DNA of 62,046 nucleotides from an uncultured Parabacteroides sp. Its GTDB lineage: Bacteria; Bacteroidota; Bacteroidia; Bacteroidales; Tannerellaceae. The number at the start of each line of letters is the position of its first letter. Positions within the stretch are counted from its first letter, which is position 1. The DNA lies in the NCBI GenBank assembly GCA_964465405.1, contig CAYXIX010000001.1, positions 1,858-63,903 of the forward strand. The letters are read 5' to 3'. A program made the position numbers and the translations under genes. The notes beneath the pieces are model-generated. The model searched no databases. It was given only the letters and a program-made list of their open reading frames with translations, and was not told the origin of the DNA. This document shows positions 8,251-18,208 of the stretch, piece after piece.

Positions 8251-10686
8251 ATGAAACGACAATTTTTAATGGGTTTATTTTGTGCTGCGGTGGCAGTGCA
8301 AGGCATAACGGCAGGAACGACAGACCGTCTGTCGGGCTATGTACAAGCGGAAAAGTTTACGCAAGACAAATTGAACACGATGCTCTTCTCGACGACCGTC
8401 GACCCGCATTGGTTTCAACAAGGCAATTGTTTCTGGTATGAATACAAGACGAGCGAAGGGCAGGCGTGGTACGTGGTAGACCCGTCTGCACGGACAAAGC
8501 AGCCGCTTTTTCATTTGGATGAATTTGCTGCCCAGCTTACCGAAATTGTGAAAGACCCTTTCACGGCGCAGCAACTGCCAATCCAACGTTTGGAAGCGCA
8601 GCCGGACGGACGGACATTCACCTTCCAAATAACTTCGTCGCAGGAAGCGCCGAAAGATTCCGTATATAATAAGGATGGAAAGAAGAAACAGGTCTTTTAT
8701 TTCTCTTACGACTATCCGACCCGCGAACTGACGTGGCTGGAAGAGAAGAAAGAGGACGACAAGTATCCCGGTTGGGCATCTATCTCGCCGGACGGACAGA
8801 CAGTGGTTTACGCCAAAGATCTGAACCTTTACCGTATGACGCGGGAGGATTATGAAAAGTTGAAGAAGAACGAGAACGACTCAACTGTGACGGATGTACA
8901 ACTGACTACCTTCGGGGAAAAAGATTTTGGCTTCGGGCAACCTTACAGTCTCTTGAACACCGATACGCTCTGCAACGGGAAACGGAAGCGTGTACGAGGA
9001 ATTGTCTGGTCGCCTGACTCGCGTTACTTTGCTGTCAACATCACGGATTCGCGGAAGGTCAAGGAGTTATGGGTAATCAATTCAATGGCTTCGCCACGCC
9101 CTACGCTTGAGACCTACAAATATCAGATGCCGGGTGAGATGGAAGCTCCTGTCGAACATCTTTACCTTTTCGATATGCAGACGAACAGTTACCGCGAGAT
9201 TCCAACCGATGCCTATAAGAATCAGACCATCTCTTTGGCGCAGAAACCACGTTTGCAAAAACAGCGTGATGCGCATGAGGTTGCGACAGAATGGTTGGGC
9301 GACAACACGCATTTCTATTTGACCCGTTCCAGCCGTGATTTGCATCGTATAGATATCTGCTCATATACGATTGGCGAAGATTCGATTCGTCCTTTGATTG
9401 AAGAACGGATGAATACCTATCAGGAGGTACGCCCGTTGGCAATCGTTAATGGAGGTAAAGAGTTGATTCATTGGAGCGAACGCGACGGATGGGCACATCT
9501 TTATCTGTATGACGGGGAAGGGAATCTGAAGAACCGTATCACCAAAGGAGCTTGGCATGTAGACCAGGTTGTGAAAGTAGACGAAGCGCGTCGTGTCGTT
9601 TACTTTCTGGCAAATGGCAAGGAAGCGGGAGAAAATCCTTATTATGAACATCTTTATCGGGTGAATTTGGACGGTAGCGGTTTGCAGCTTGTAACGGCAG
9701 GCGATTACTTCCACACGGCAGCCATTGACGACGACGCCCGGTTTATCGTCACTAACTACTCGCGTGTGAATACGATTCCGAAAGCGGATTTGCTTGACAA
9801 TACCGGTAAGAAAATCATGACGTTGGAAGAGAGTGACTTTTCGCAACTCTTCGCCGCCGGTTACCGGTTTCCGGAGCCTTTTAAGGTGAAAGCTGCCGAT
9901 GGGGTGACCGACCTGTACGGTGTGATGTACAAGCCGTTCAACTTTGATTCGACGAAAGTATATCCGATTATTGATTATGTCTATCCCGGTCCGCAGGTGG
10001 AGGCGACGGTCTATCCTTTTACCCGCATGACGGTGCGCACCGACCGCTTGGCGCAGGCAGGATTCATCGTTATCACGGTTGGCAACAGGGGCGGACACCC
10101 GAGCCGCTCGAAGTGGTATCACAACTATGGTTACGGCAACTTGCGTGATTATGGGTTGGCAGACCAGAAAGCGGCTATCGAGCAATTGGCGAACCGGTAT
10201 GGCTTTATTGATATAAACCGTGTCGGCATTCATGGGCATTCGGGTGGCGGATTCATGTCGACGGCAGCTATCTTTCAATATCCGGACTTTTTCAAGGCCG
10301 CCGTTTCGTGTGCCGGGAATCATGACAATCGCATCTATAACCGTTGGTGGAGCGAGACGCATCATGGTGTGAAAGAAACTGTTTCGGAGAAAGGCGACAC
10401 GACTTTTGTTTATAACATCAAAACGAATGAAGAGATTGCGCATCGCCTGAAAGGGCATTTGCTATTGGTGCATGGTGACATCGACAACAACGTTCATCCC
10501 GGCAATACACTCCGGGTTGTAGATGCCTTGATTCGCGCCGGCAAACGGTTCGACATGTTGATTTTGCCACAACAACGGCATGGCTTCGGGGATATGAACG
10601 AATATTTCTACTGGCGGCTGGTGGATTATTTCTCCAAAAGTTTGCTGGGTGAACAAGAAGAAACGGTGGATATCCCAAAACGGTAA
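8251..10686 (+). CDS. S9 family (DPP-IV-like) serine peptidase, exported
   Basis: Signal peptide, DPPIV N-terminal propeller, GHSGGG nucleophile, HGDIDNNVH and QRHG catalytic Asp/His motifs. Confidence 0.9.
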   Translation: MKRQFLMGLFCAAVAVQGITAGTTDRLSGYVQAEKFTQDKLNTMLFSTTVDPHWFQQGNCFWYEYKTSEGQAWYVVDPSARTKQPLFHLDEFAAQLTEIVKDPFTAQQLPIQRLEAQPDGRTFTFQITSSQEAPKDSVYNKDGKKKQVFYFSYDYPTRELTWLEEKKEDDKYPGWASISPDGQTVVYAKDLNLYRMTREDYEKLKKNENDSTVTDVQLTTFGEKDFGFGQPYSLLNTDTLCNGKRKRVRGIVWSPDSRYFAVNITDSRKVKELWVINSMASPRPTLETYKYQMPGEMEAPVEHLYLFDMQTNSYREIPTDAYKNQTISLAQKPRLQKQRDAHEVATEWLGDNTHFYLTRSSRDLHRIDICSYTIGEDSIRPLIEERMNTYQEVRPLAIVNGGKELIHWSERDGWAHLYLYDGEGNLKNRITKGAWHVDQVVKVDEARRVVYFLANGKEAGENPYYEHLYRVNLDGSGLQLVTAGDYFHTAAIDDDARFIVTNYSRVNTIPKADLLDNTGKKIMTLEESDFSQLFAAGYRFPEPFKVKAADGVTDLYGVMYKPFNFDSTKVYPIIDYVYPGPQVEATVYPFTRMTVRTDRLAQAGFIVITVGNRGGHPSRSKWYHNYGYGNLRDYGLADQKAAIEQLANRYGFIDINRVGIHGHSGGGFMSTAAIFQYPDFFKAAVSCAGNHDNRIYNRWWSETHHGVKETVSEKGDTTFVYNIKTNEEIAHRLKGHLLLVHGDIDNNVHPGNTLRVVDALIRAGKRFDMLILPQQRHGFGDMNEYFYWRLVDYFSKSLLGEQEETVDIPKR

Positions 10687-10711
10687 ATATAAAATAATGG
10701 TGAAAGGGAAT

Positions 10712-11710
10712 ATGAACATGGAAAGATTGAGAGTAGGAATTATCGGAGCAGGGCACATTGCCCGGAAAATGGCATATACACTGTGTGAGATGGAGGATGC
10801 GGAACCGTATGCAGTTGCTTCCCGCAATTTGGAGAATGCACAAGGTTTTGCCGATGAATGGGGGGTTGCGAAGGTTTACGGTTCGTATGACGAACTGATT
10901 GAAGACCCGAATGTTGATTTGATTTACATCGCCACGCCCCATTCCCACCATTACGGACAGGCGCGTATGTGCCTTGAAAAAGGCAAACCGGTTTTGTGCG
11001 AAAAAGCATTTACAGCCAATGCCCGCGAGGCGGAAGCGTTGATCCGCCTTTCTGAAGAGAAACAGGTGTTCATCACCGAAGCGATGTGGACGCGCTACAT
11101 GCCTTTTTCGAAAACGATACGCGAGATTGTCGATAGCGGCATGTTGGGGCGAGTAATGATGCTGACGGCCAGCATCGGCTATCCGATTCATTGGAAAGAG
11201 CGCGTTGCCAAACCGGAATTGTGCGGTGGTGCTTTGTTGGATATCGGTGTTTATCCCATTAATTTTGCTTTGATGACGTTTGGCGACGATTTGTCGGGCA
11301 TCACTTCGGCTTGCGTGAAGGGGCCGAGTGGGGTAGACCTACAGAGCAGCATCACTTTTATTTACCGGAATCACCGTATGGCTGTTTTGCAGATGACAGC
11401 CTTTTGCGCGAACGACCGGCAAGGTATTATTTCAGGTGACAAAGGTTATGTGATAATCGATAACATCAACAATCCGCAACAAGCCCTTGTCTATTCGGCC
11501 AACCACGAAGAGATTGCCTGCTATACCTGCCCGCAGCAAATCACCGGCTTTGAATATCAGGTGCGGGCTTCGGCCGAAGCCATCCGGAAGGGGCAAATCG
11601 AGACGCCGGATATGCCGCACGCCGAGACGCTGCGCGTCATGCACATGTTGGACGACTTGCGGTCGGAGTGGGGCGTCCGTTTCCCGATGGACGACCGGCC
11701 TGTCGAGTAA
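10712..11710 (+). CDS. Gfo/Idh/MocA family oxidoreductase
   Basis: GIIGAGHIA, YIATPHSHH, LCEKAF, GGALLDIGVY motifs; start at 10712 or 10718. Confidence 0.9.
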   Translation: MNMERLRVGIIGAGHIARKMAYTLCEMEDAEPYAVASRNLENAQGFADEWGVAKVYGSYDELIEDPNVDLIYIATPHSHHYGQARMCLEKGKPVLCEKAFTANAREAEALIRLSEEKQVFITEAMWTRYMPFSKTIREIVDSGMLGRVMMLTASIGYPIHWKERVAKPELCGGALLDIGVYPINFALMTFGDDLSGITSACVKGPSGVDLQSSITFIYRNHRMAVLQMTAFCANDRQGIISGDKGYVIIDNINNPQQALVYSANHEEIACYTCPQQITGFEYQVRASAEAIRKGQIETPDMPHAETLRVMHMLDDLRSEWGVRFPMDDRPVE

Positions 11711-11803
11711 CCACCGACCGCATCGAAAGCCTTTCCGTTGCGAAAGGAGGTGTCGTCCTGATAACAACGAAGTAATTGGCGCGGAAACATACCCTTGACG
11801 GTC

Positions 11804-12008
11804 GTCGACAACAGCTTTCCGACGGGAAAAGTATTGTCAACGCCGTCGATGGCCCCTTTCCGACGGGAAAAGTGTTGTCGATGGTGTCGACAGTCCCTTT
11901 TCGGTGGGAAAAGCATTGTCGGCAGCGTCGACAGCCCGTTTTCGGTGAGAAAAGCGTTGTCGACGGCGTCGACGGCCTGTTTCCGGCCGGAAAGGGGTTG
12001 TCGTCGAG
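11804..12008. repeat. Tandem array of five degenerate 41-bp palindromic units
   Basis: Units start at 11804, 11845, 11886, 11927 and 11968 (exact 41-bp period); consensus ~GTCGACAgcccTTTcCGacGGGAAAAGcgTTGTCGAcGgc. Confidence 0.88.
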
Positions 12009-12092
12009 AAAAACAGAGACAAACAAGAGAAAATAGGATAAAAAACAAAGAACAAGAAGATGAAGAAAGAAATCGTATATAAAGTAAGTACA

Positions 12093-12488
12093 ATGATACG
12101 ATTAGACCACGTAGCCATGTATGTGCATGACTTGGAGGGAATGAAAACCTTTTTCATCCGCTATTTTTCGGCTTCGTCCAATGCGATGTATGTCAATCCC
12201 CGTACGGGATTGAGGAGCTATTTCCTGACTTTTCCGGATGGCGGAAGGCTGGAAATCATGAATCGGCCGGAAGTATCCTCCGTTCAAGGGCAGGATTTGT
12301 TTCGGGGAGGGTACACGCATGTTGCTTTCTCTGTTGGCGGTAAAGAGCGGGTGGACGAACTTACACAACAGTTGAAAGCAGATGGATATACCGTATTGAG
12401 CGGCCCGAGAACAACGGGCGACGGATATTACGAGAGCAGTATCTTAGGGCCGGAAGGTAATTTGATTGAAATAATCTCCGTATCTTAG
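12093..12488 (+). CDS. VOC/glyoxalase family protein
   Basis: RLDHVAMYV, YTHVAFSVG, GPRTTGDGYYES, GPEGNLIEI motifs. Confidence 0.9.
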   Translation: MIRLDHVAMYVHDLEGMKTFFIRYFSASSNAMYVNPRTGLRSYFLTFPDGGRLEIMNRPEVSSVQGQDLFRGGYTHVAFSVGGKERVDELTQQLKADGYTVLSGPRTTGDGYYESSILGPEGNLIEIISVS

Positions 12489-12519
12489 AAAGGGCAAAAA
12501 TTGGAGTAAAAAATAATAT

Positions 12520-12569
12520 CCCGAAGATAAATCCAACTTATGTTGCGGGAAAGCGGATTTACCTTCGGG
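12520..12569. terminator. Probable bidirectional terminator between convergent genes
   Basis: CCCGAAGATAAATCC...GGATTTACCTTCGGG stem with A-rich and T-rich flanks. Confidence 0.6.
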
Positions 12570-12581
12570 GGGGAAAGTTTT

Positions 12582-14276
12582 TTATTTGTCTTTAACTGAA
12601 AAAAGCAATGTCTTGCCATTCGTGTCGCACCATTCGACGAGGAGCAGGCGCAACGCTTTGTATTCAGCGGGTGTATAGAGCTGTTTGTTCAGTTTCAGGC
12701 TGCGGGTTACGTGGATGGTTTGTCCCTCCTGACGGATGGAATAGGTCAAGGTGCCTGCATCGTTGCGGATGGTTTCTTCCTTTGCTGGCGTGCAGAGTTC
12801 CATCCCGTCGGTGTATTCGATTTGATAATGGTAGGTTTCGTCTACCGGACGGGAAATCCACAGATTTTCCGAACGATGGCTGTTCAGAAGCCCATACGGT
12901 TGGTATGCGATGCCTTGTGTGGCATCGGGCAAGAGGAGTCTTGCGTATCCGCCTTTTGCATCCAGCGCAATCGTTTCTTCGCTTTCCGGTTTGTATTCAG
13001 AGAAGTAGGGGAGTAGGGTGCGGCCGACAACCATGTTCTTTGCGACTTGCCAATCTGTCTTTTGGCAAGTAAAAGTGAGGTCGCCCTGAATCCGGTAATC
13101 TTCAGGGATGGCAAGTGTCACCCTTTTCCCTGTTGTGAGGCTGAAAAGCGGCATTTGGCTGAAATTAACCGTTTGCGGACGCATCTGTGAATGAACGGAG
13201 AAGAGGTAAATATCCCCGCCAACCATGCATTTTACATAGAGCTGACCGATTGCTTTTAGAGCAGCACCTTGAGCGATGGATGTGCGATAGCTTGCCATCG
13301 GTTCTGCCCGGTAACCGGCGCCATTCAAGAGTCCGGTAAGGAGATTGACCTTCTCTGCGGTTGTCCCGTAGGCCGTGCGGATGACCTCGTCGGCTTTCCG
13401 CAGGCGGTAACCGGTTTGTTCTAAAGAGAGCGGACTATTGTCTAAATTATGGATGACATACGATAAGATAGCCTTCAGTTTCTCAACATCGTTCTCTTTA
13501 CCTGCGGTCAGGTTTTCGGCGATGGTTTGCAGTTGCAGGTCTCCGGCAGGATTGAACTGTTTGAAGAGGATACCGAATGCCGCCTCCTCAGACACGTAAG
13601 TGGTGGCAGCCAAAAAGGGGACGTCGCCATTCGCGACGGAAACGAACGGGGCACGCGAAGCGGCCGGCAGATTTCGCAACGTCCAAGTTGTTGTACGCTG
13701 GCCATTTGCTTCTTCAACGGATGGTTTGGTGTTATTGCAAGCCAGTGTGTAGGCAATTGATTTCGTTTCCGGCGTTGTGATGCTCAACGTATAGGCTTTT
13801 ACCGGTGAAGATTGGAGCAGCTCTTCGAAGATATCCAGTTCGGGGAGGTAACCTGCTTTGGAGGTCAGGGTGTAGTCGAGATAGATGGTCGCTCCCAGCT
13901 CCAGTCCCGTATGTACCACTACCATTTCTTTCAACCGATTGTAAACCGGCGCGTTGGCGGCTGCATGGGGCAAAGATTCGACAAAGGCGTTTGCCGGTGT
14001 CTCGATGATGGTGCCATCTTTTTGTTTGGTGTACGAGGCGTTGATTTTCAGTTCCTGATATTGCGGGTCGTAGACGATGAACGTCTCTCCATACGTTCTG
14101 TTCATGGCCGTGTGGGTAAAGAGCGTCAGTTCCATGCTGCAACGAAACTCCTGACTCCCGTCGGGGTGGAGGGTCCACGCTTTGGAGAGTTGCTTGTATT
14201 CTGCCTCCGGTTCAGCTGATGCAGCGGAAGTGAGGCAAAGTAGCGCGAACAGCAGTGTGATTATTCTTGTTGTCAT
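12582..14276 (-). CDS. Exported DUF3857-domain transglutaminase-fold protein, probably catalytically inactive
   Basis: Signal peptide and DUF3857-like N-terminus; GTTAEK where the paralog has GVCKD. Confidence 0.7.
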   Translation of the reverse strand: MTTRIITLLFALLCLTSAASAEPEAEYKQLSKAWTLHPDGSQEFRCSMELTLFTHTAMNRTYGETFIVYDPQYQELKINASYTKQKDGTIIETPANAFVESLPHAAANAPVYNRLKEMVVVHTGLELGATIYLDYTLTSKAGYLPELDIFEELLQSSPVKAYTLSITTPETKSIAYTLACNNTKPSVEEANGQRTTTWTLRNLPAASRAPFVSVANGDVPFLAATTYVSEEAAFGILFKQFNPAGDLQLQTIAENLTAGKENDVEKLKAILSYVIHNLDNSPLSLEQTGYRLRKADEVIRTAYGTTAEKVNLLTGLLNGAGYRAEPMASYRTSIAQGAALKAIGQLYVKCMVGGDIYLFSVHSQMRPQTVNFSQMPLFSLTTGKRVTLAIPEDYRIQGDLTFTCQKTDWQVAKNMVVGRTLLPYFSEYKPESEETIALDAKGGYARLLLPDATQGIAYQPYGLLNSHRSENLWISRPVDETYHYQIEYTDGMELCTPAKEETIRNDAGTLTYSIRQEGQTIHVTRSLKLNKQLYTPAEYKALRLLLVEWCDTNGKTLLFSVKDK

Positions 14277-14295
14277 TATGTGATTCATTTATCGT

Positions 14296-16263
14296 TTATT
14301 TTTGAATGATGATATAGTCTCCAAATGTCTTATGCGTGTTGACGGCATCGCGGAAACCAGTCCAGTCGGCCGCTTCGTAGACACGTTTTTTCAATGCGAG
14401 TTTCTGATGCAAGACGATTTGGTTGTCCTCTTGCCGGATAGAGCCTTCAAAATCGGCGGCTCCGCTCTCTTTCCGGTCATCGCGGGCTTCGGTTGTCATC
14501 CGATAACCGGCCGGGAGCTGAATCGTTTCGTCCAGTTCCACCAACCGTGAGCAGGCATCTTTGAAACCATACTGCCGTTCTTCCAAATCGGTGTCGATAC
14601 GCAGGTAGCTCTTCACCTGATTGTAGAGGTTGTTCATCACCATCGGTTTGAAAAGCATCTCGTTCTTGCCTACGATGGCATAGTCCGGAATTTCATAGCG
14701 GAACGTAATCCGGATTGGGGCAGCTTGGTAATCTTTCGGATTCTTGCCATAGTCCACACGGGTGAGACGAGCTTTGGGCGAGACGGCGAGTAGTTGGTTT
14801 TCCATTGTGCTTTCCCATTGCGATTGCCATCCGGTGGTGAAGATGCGGCGGATGTTGCTGTCCGATTGCCCTTCGGCCGTAATCGTGAATTCGCCGGTCA
14901 ATGTGCCGTCGGCTTTAAGCTGGTTGGATGCTTTGATGCGGACGTAATGGTTTTCGGGCGCGGAGATGGGGGTGATACAAAGGTCTGAACCTTCGGGGAC
15001 ACCGGGCAGGTAGTTCTGCTGCTGCTCGGCACTGCTCCACAGCTCGCGACAAAAGGGTACCCATGTCGGATCAAGCGGCATGTAGGTGCCGTCGGAGAGT
15101 TTCACAACGGTCACGCAGTGGTTGAAGTGGTCGGCCGGGATGCTTTCCACGCGACTGCCCGCCATCGTCATCGCCGGATAGGCTTCGAAGCCAGCCATCC
15201 GCAAGAAAGCAATCAGCGTGCCGGCAATATCTTTGCAGACACCGCAGCGGTCTGTGTAGTTCATCTTCAAGTTGTGCAGCGTGTAGCCCTCGCCTTTTCC
15301 CATCGTGATGCCTGCGTAGCGGATGTTGTCAGCGACCCAGTGGGTAAGGACGGCGATTTTCTCCATCTCCGTCTTTTTCCCCTTGATAAGTTCATCCACC
15401 TTCTTTTGCGCCTCGGGGATAGCGTCGAAACTGCCATAATCCTCGTTCACCTTATTGAACCAAAGCGACTTCTCCCGCCAGTCGGGTGTGGAAGACATCA
15501 TCAGCTTGGGAGCGGCATCGAAGAGGTCGACCATGTTCGGCTCGCGCCGGATCGGCAGGATGTCGGTGCACGTGAAGGTATAAGACTTCCGCCCGTTCTC
15601 ATAGCGCATCGAAGAGCTGCATTCGCCCTGATAGAATTGGAACTGCATCTCCTTCTCCATCGGGATGGTGACCTTGTAAACCTTACGGACGGTCGGATCC
15701 GATACCCAAAAGGGCACGATGTCGTAAAACTGCCCGCGCATGGGCGGGATAAAGCGCGACTCCTCTTCCTCTCCGGAAGCCAGCAGCGCGTAGGTGAACC
15801 CTTTCTTGTTGATTTGATAGTCGATGATGTCACCCGCATCAAGATGTCCAACCTCCATCATGATTTGCCGCGCCCCCCAGTAGATGGCGCGTGCCGGGGC
15901 GACGTAGTCCTGCTGCTGCGTGATGTCGAGGTTGATGACGTCGCCGTTGGCTTTGTAGAGCGTGACGCGGTGGAACTCGGCGTGCGCCGTCAGCGGGTCG
16001 TAGTCGTACTTGAGCACGCGGTTGGCAAGCGCGCCCCGCGTGGTCTGCACCTTGACGATCCGGCGGATCGTGAACGAGCCGGAGCCGCTGGGCTGCACGT
16101 TTACCCCCGTGCTGTCCAACAGATATACGCAGTCATAGTCCGCATAGCGGTCTGTCTGCCGATCAGCCTGCCGGATGGATGCGGGCAGGCTGTTTTCGCC
16201 GGCCTGTCCGCAGACGGACGAGGCGGCGAGGAAAAGAGTTAGGATGATAGATGTATGTTTCAT
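14296..16263 (-). CDS. Exported DUF3857 + transglutaminase-like domain protein
   Basis: Signal peptide; WVADNIRY, GVCKD, HFNH, LDPT (Cys-His-Asp triad motifs). Confidence 0.82.
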   Translation of the reverse strand: MKHTSIILTLFLAASSVCGQAGENSLPASIRQADRQTDRYADYDCVYLLDSTGVNVQPSGSGSFTIRRIVKVQTTRGALANRVLKYDYDPLTAHAEFHRVTLYKANGDVINLDITQQQDYVAPARAIYWGARQIMMEVGHLDAGDIIDYQINKKGFTYALLASGEEEESRFIPPMRGQFYDIVPFWVSDPTVRKVYKVTIPMEKEMQFQFYQGECSSSMRYENGRKSYTFTCTDILPIRREPNMVDLFDAAPKLMMSSTPDWREKSLWFNKVNEDYGSFDAIPEAQKKVDELIKGKKTEMEKIAVLTHWVADNIRYAGITMGKGEGYTLHNLKMNYTDRCGVCKDIAGTLIAFLRMAGFEAYPAMTMAGSRVESIPADHFNHCVTVVKLSDGTYMPLDPTWVPFCRELWSSAEQQQNYLPGVPEGSDLCITPISAPENHYVRIKASNQLKADGTLTGEFTITAEGQSDSNIRRIFTTGWQSQWESTMENQLLAVSPKARLTRVDYGKNPKDYQAAPIRITFRYEIPDYAIVGKNEMLFKPMVMNNLYNQVKSYLRIDTDLEERQYGFKDACSRLVELDETIQLPAGYRMTTEARDDRKESGAADFEGSIRQEDNQIVLHQKLALKKRVYEAADWTGFRDAVNTHKTFGDYIIIQK

Positions 16264-16302
16264 TTCCGTTCGTATATGTTTTAGTTTTTACAGGATGACG
16301 TT

Positions 16303-17982
16303 TCATAAGTTTGCCGCATCTTCCTTCAGCCGGTGGTAGTAGTCTTTGAGCAGGCGCACGTCTTCGGCGGCGTCTGTGAATACCTCCATCAGCATGGGAT
16401 TGGGGCAGGGGGCCGGCTGTGTGAAGAGGGGCATCGCCGCCTCCAGACTGGCGGCGTCGCGGACGGCGAAGTAGGCGAATCCGCGTTCTTCGGCCCATCC
16501 TTTGGCGGAGGTCGCGTGCGTGGCGGCGACGAACCGCCGGGTACGTTCTTCCCACTCCACGCCGGGCAGCTCCTCGAACGATTCCCCCTCGCCGTTGTTG
16601 AGCAGCAGGATACGCAGGTTGCAGCCGTAGTTGCGGTTCCAAAGCGCATTCATGTCGTAGAAGAAGCTCAGGTCGCCGAGCACGACGAAGTTCAGCTTGT
16701 CCGAGCAGGCGGAATAGCCGACGGCGGTCGAGAGCGAGCCGTCGTTCCCGCTCATCCCGCGGTTGCAGCAGACCTCCACGTCGTCCGGGACGGGGAAGAG
16801 CCGGGCATGGCGGATGGCCGAACCGTTCCCCACGTGCAGGGCGCAGGGGGCGGGCAGCGACCGGAGCAGCAGCCCCACCGCCGCCATCTCCGAGTAGGGG
16901 AACGCCGGCGGGGGCATCCGTCGCGCGTAGTGCTCCCACAGCTGCGGATAAGCGTTGCTGCGCGTCTCCAGCAGGTAGGCGATTTTCTCAAGGAACTCGA
17001 AGGGATCCATCTCGATGACGGTGGTCAGCGCGCCGAACGGGTCGGCCACCTCGCCGTCGGGCGAGACGTGCCAGTGCTCGCGCGGCGGATGCGTCCGGAG
17101 GAACTGCTTCAGGCGTGCCGAGACGACGTGTCCCCCGTAGGTGATGACCAGCTCGGGCGCCAGCTTCTCCAGCGTCTTCTCTGGGAGGGCGTAGAGGACG
17201 GCGTCGAAATTTTTGACGGGCGGGCCGGGCACCGTCCGGTTGCCCGTGTGCTCCGTCAGCCAGACGAAGTGTTTGTAGAGCAGCTTGGCGGACTTCTTCT
17301 CGAAGAGGTAGATGAGGTTCATCTGTCCGGCGACGACCATCCGCCTGCCGTAGCGGTTCAGCCGGTCTATCAGGGCGTTGTAGTCACGGTCGTAGACGTT
17401 CAGCCCTTGATAGCGGGTGATGACGCGCACCGGCGGCAGCGTCTCCGCCGTGAAGCGGAAGAGCGGCTCCGAGAGGGGCACGTTGATGTGCACCGGCCCT
17501 TTGCCGTGATGGTTCAGCTCCAGCAACGCCTCGTTGACGAGCCGGTTGCAATGCCACTCGTCCTCGTCGGTGCGGATTTCGGGCAGGTTGACCGCTCGTT
17601 TGACCAGCGTCCCGAAGAGGCCCGCCTGCGGCATCGTCTGCCCCTCCTTCTGCCCGAGCCACGCCGCCGGGCGGTCTGCCGAGATGACGACGAGCGGCAC
17701 CTGCTGGTAGAAGGCCTCCGCGACGGCGGGGTACATGTTGGCCAGCGCGCTGCCCGACGTGCAGCAGACGGCCGCCGGCCTCCCCCCGTGCAACGCCAGC
17801 CCCAGCGCGAAGAAGGCCGCGCTCCGCTCGTCCGTCACCGGGTAGCAGGTGAACGACGGGTGCGCCGCGAGGGTCTGCACGATGGGCGCATTGCGGCTGC
17901 CGGGACAGACGACCACTTTCTGCACGCCGTGCTCCTTGAGCAGGGCGACGAGCTGTCGGATATTCTTTTTATCTGAGAACAT
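16303..17982 (-). CDS. menD: SEPHCHC synthase MenD (TPP-dependent)
   Basis: [51 protein letters not shown] motifs. Confidence 0.88.
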   Translation of the reverse strand: MFSDKKNIRQLVALLKEHGVQKVVVCPGSRNAPIVQTLAAHPSFTCYPVTDERSAAFFALGLALHGGRPAAVCCTSGSALANMYPAVAEAFYQQVPLVVISADRPAAWLGQKEGQTMPQAGLFGTLVKRAVNLPEIRTDEDEWHCNRLVNEALLELNHHGKGPVHINVPLSEPLFRFTAETLPPVRVITRYQGLNVYDRDYNALIDRLNRYGRRMVVAGQMNLIYLFEKKSAKLLYKHFVWLTEHTGNRTVPGPPVKNFDAVLYALPEKTLEKLAPELVITYGGHVVSARLKQFLRTHPPREHWHVSPDGEVADPFGALTTVIEMDPFEFLEKIAYLLETRSNAYPQLWEHYARRMPPPAFPYSEMAAVGLLLRSLPAPCALHVGNGSAIRHARLFPVPDDVEVCCNRGMSGNDGSLSTAVGYSACSDKLNFVVLGDLSFFYDMNALWNRNYGCNLRILLLNNGEGESFEELPGVEWEERTRRFVAATHATSAKGWAEERGFAYFAVRDAASLEAAMPLFTQPAPCPNPMLMEVFTDAAEDVRLLKDYYHRLKEDAANL

Positions 17983-18208
17983 GGGGTTCGTTTGGGTGAA
18001 AAATCCTGTTTTTTAGGTGATGTTCCGGGACGGCAGGCCTCCGAAGGGCTTCCGTACCCTGCCGACCCGGTACGCGAAAGGCGTTCCGAGCCTTGCCGCG
18101 CCGGCGCATCTGCCCGTGGAAGCACTCCGGAGGGGTGAATACCGGGCGATGCCGCCCGGTAAAGCCATCCGGCGCCTCGCTGTTCCGGAACTTCGCTTCC
18201 GGAGCGGC

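Noticed and set aside
11804-12008. CRISPR array interpretation of the 41-bp repeats
   Set aside because: Units are contiguous with no unique spacers, the repeats are degenerate, and no cas genes are in the window.
11487-12157. Several overlapping 86-178 aa ORFs on both strands over the repeat array
   Set aside because: They are by-products of a stop-poor palindromic repeat; a 41-bp period is not a multiple of three and the translations have no recognisable domain.
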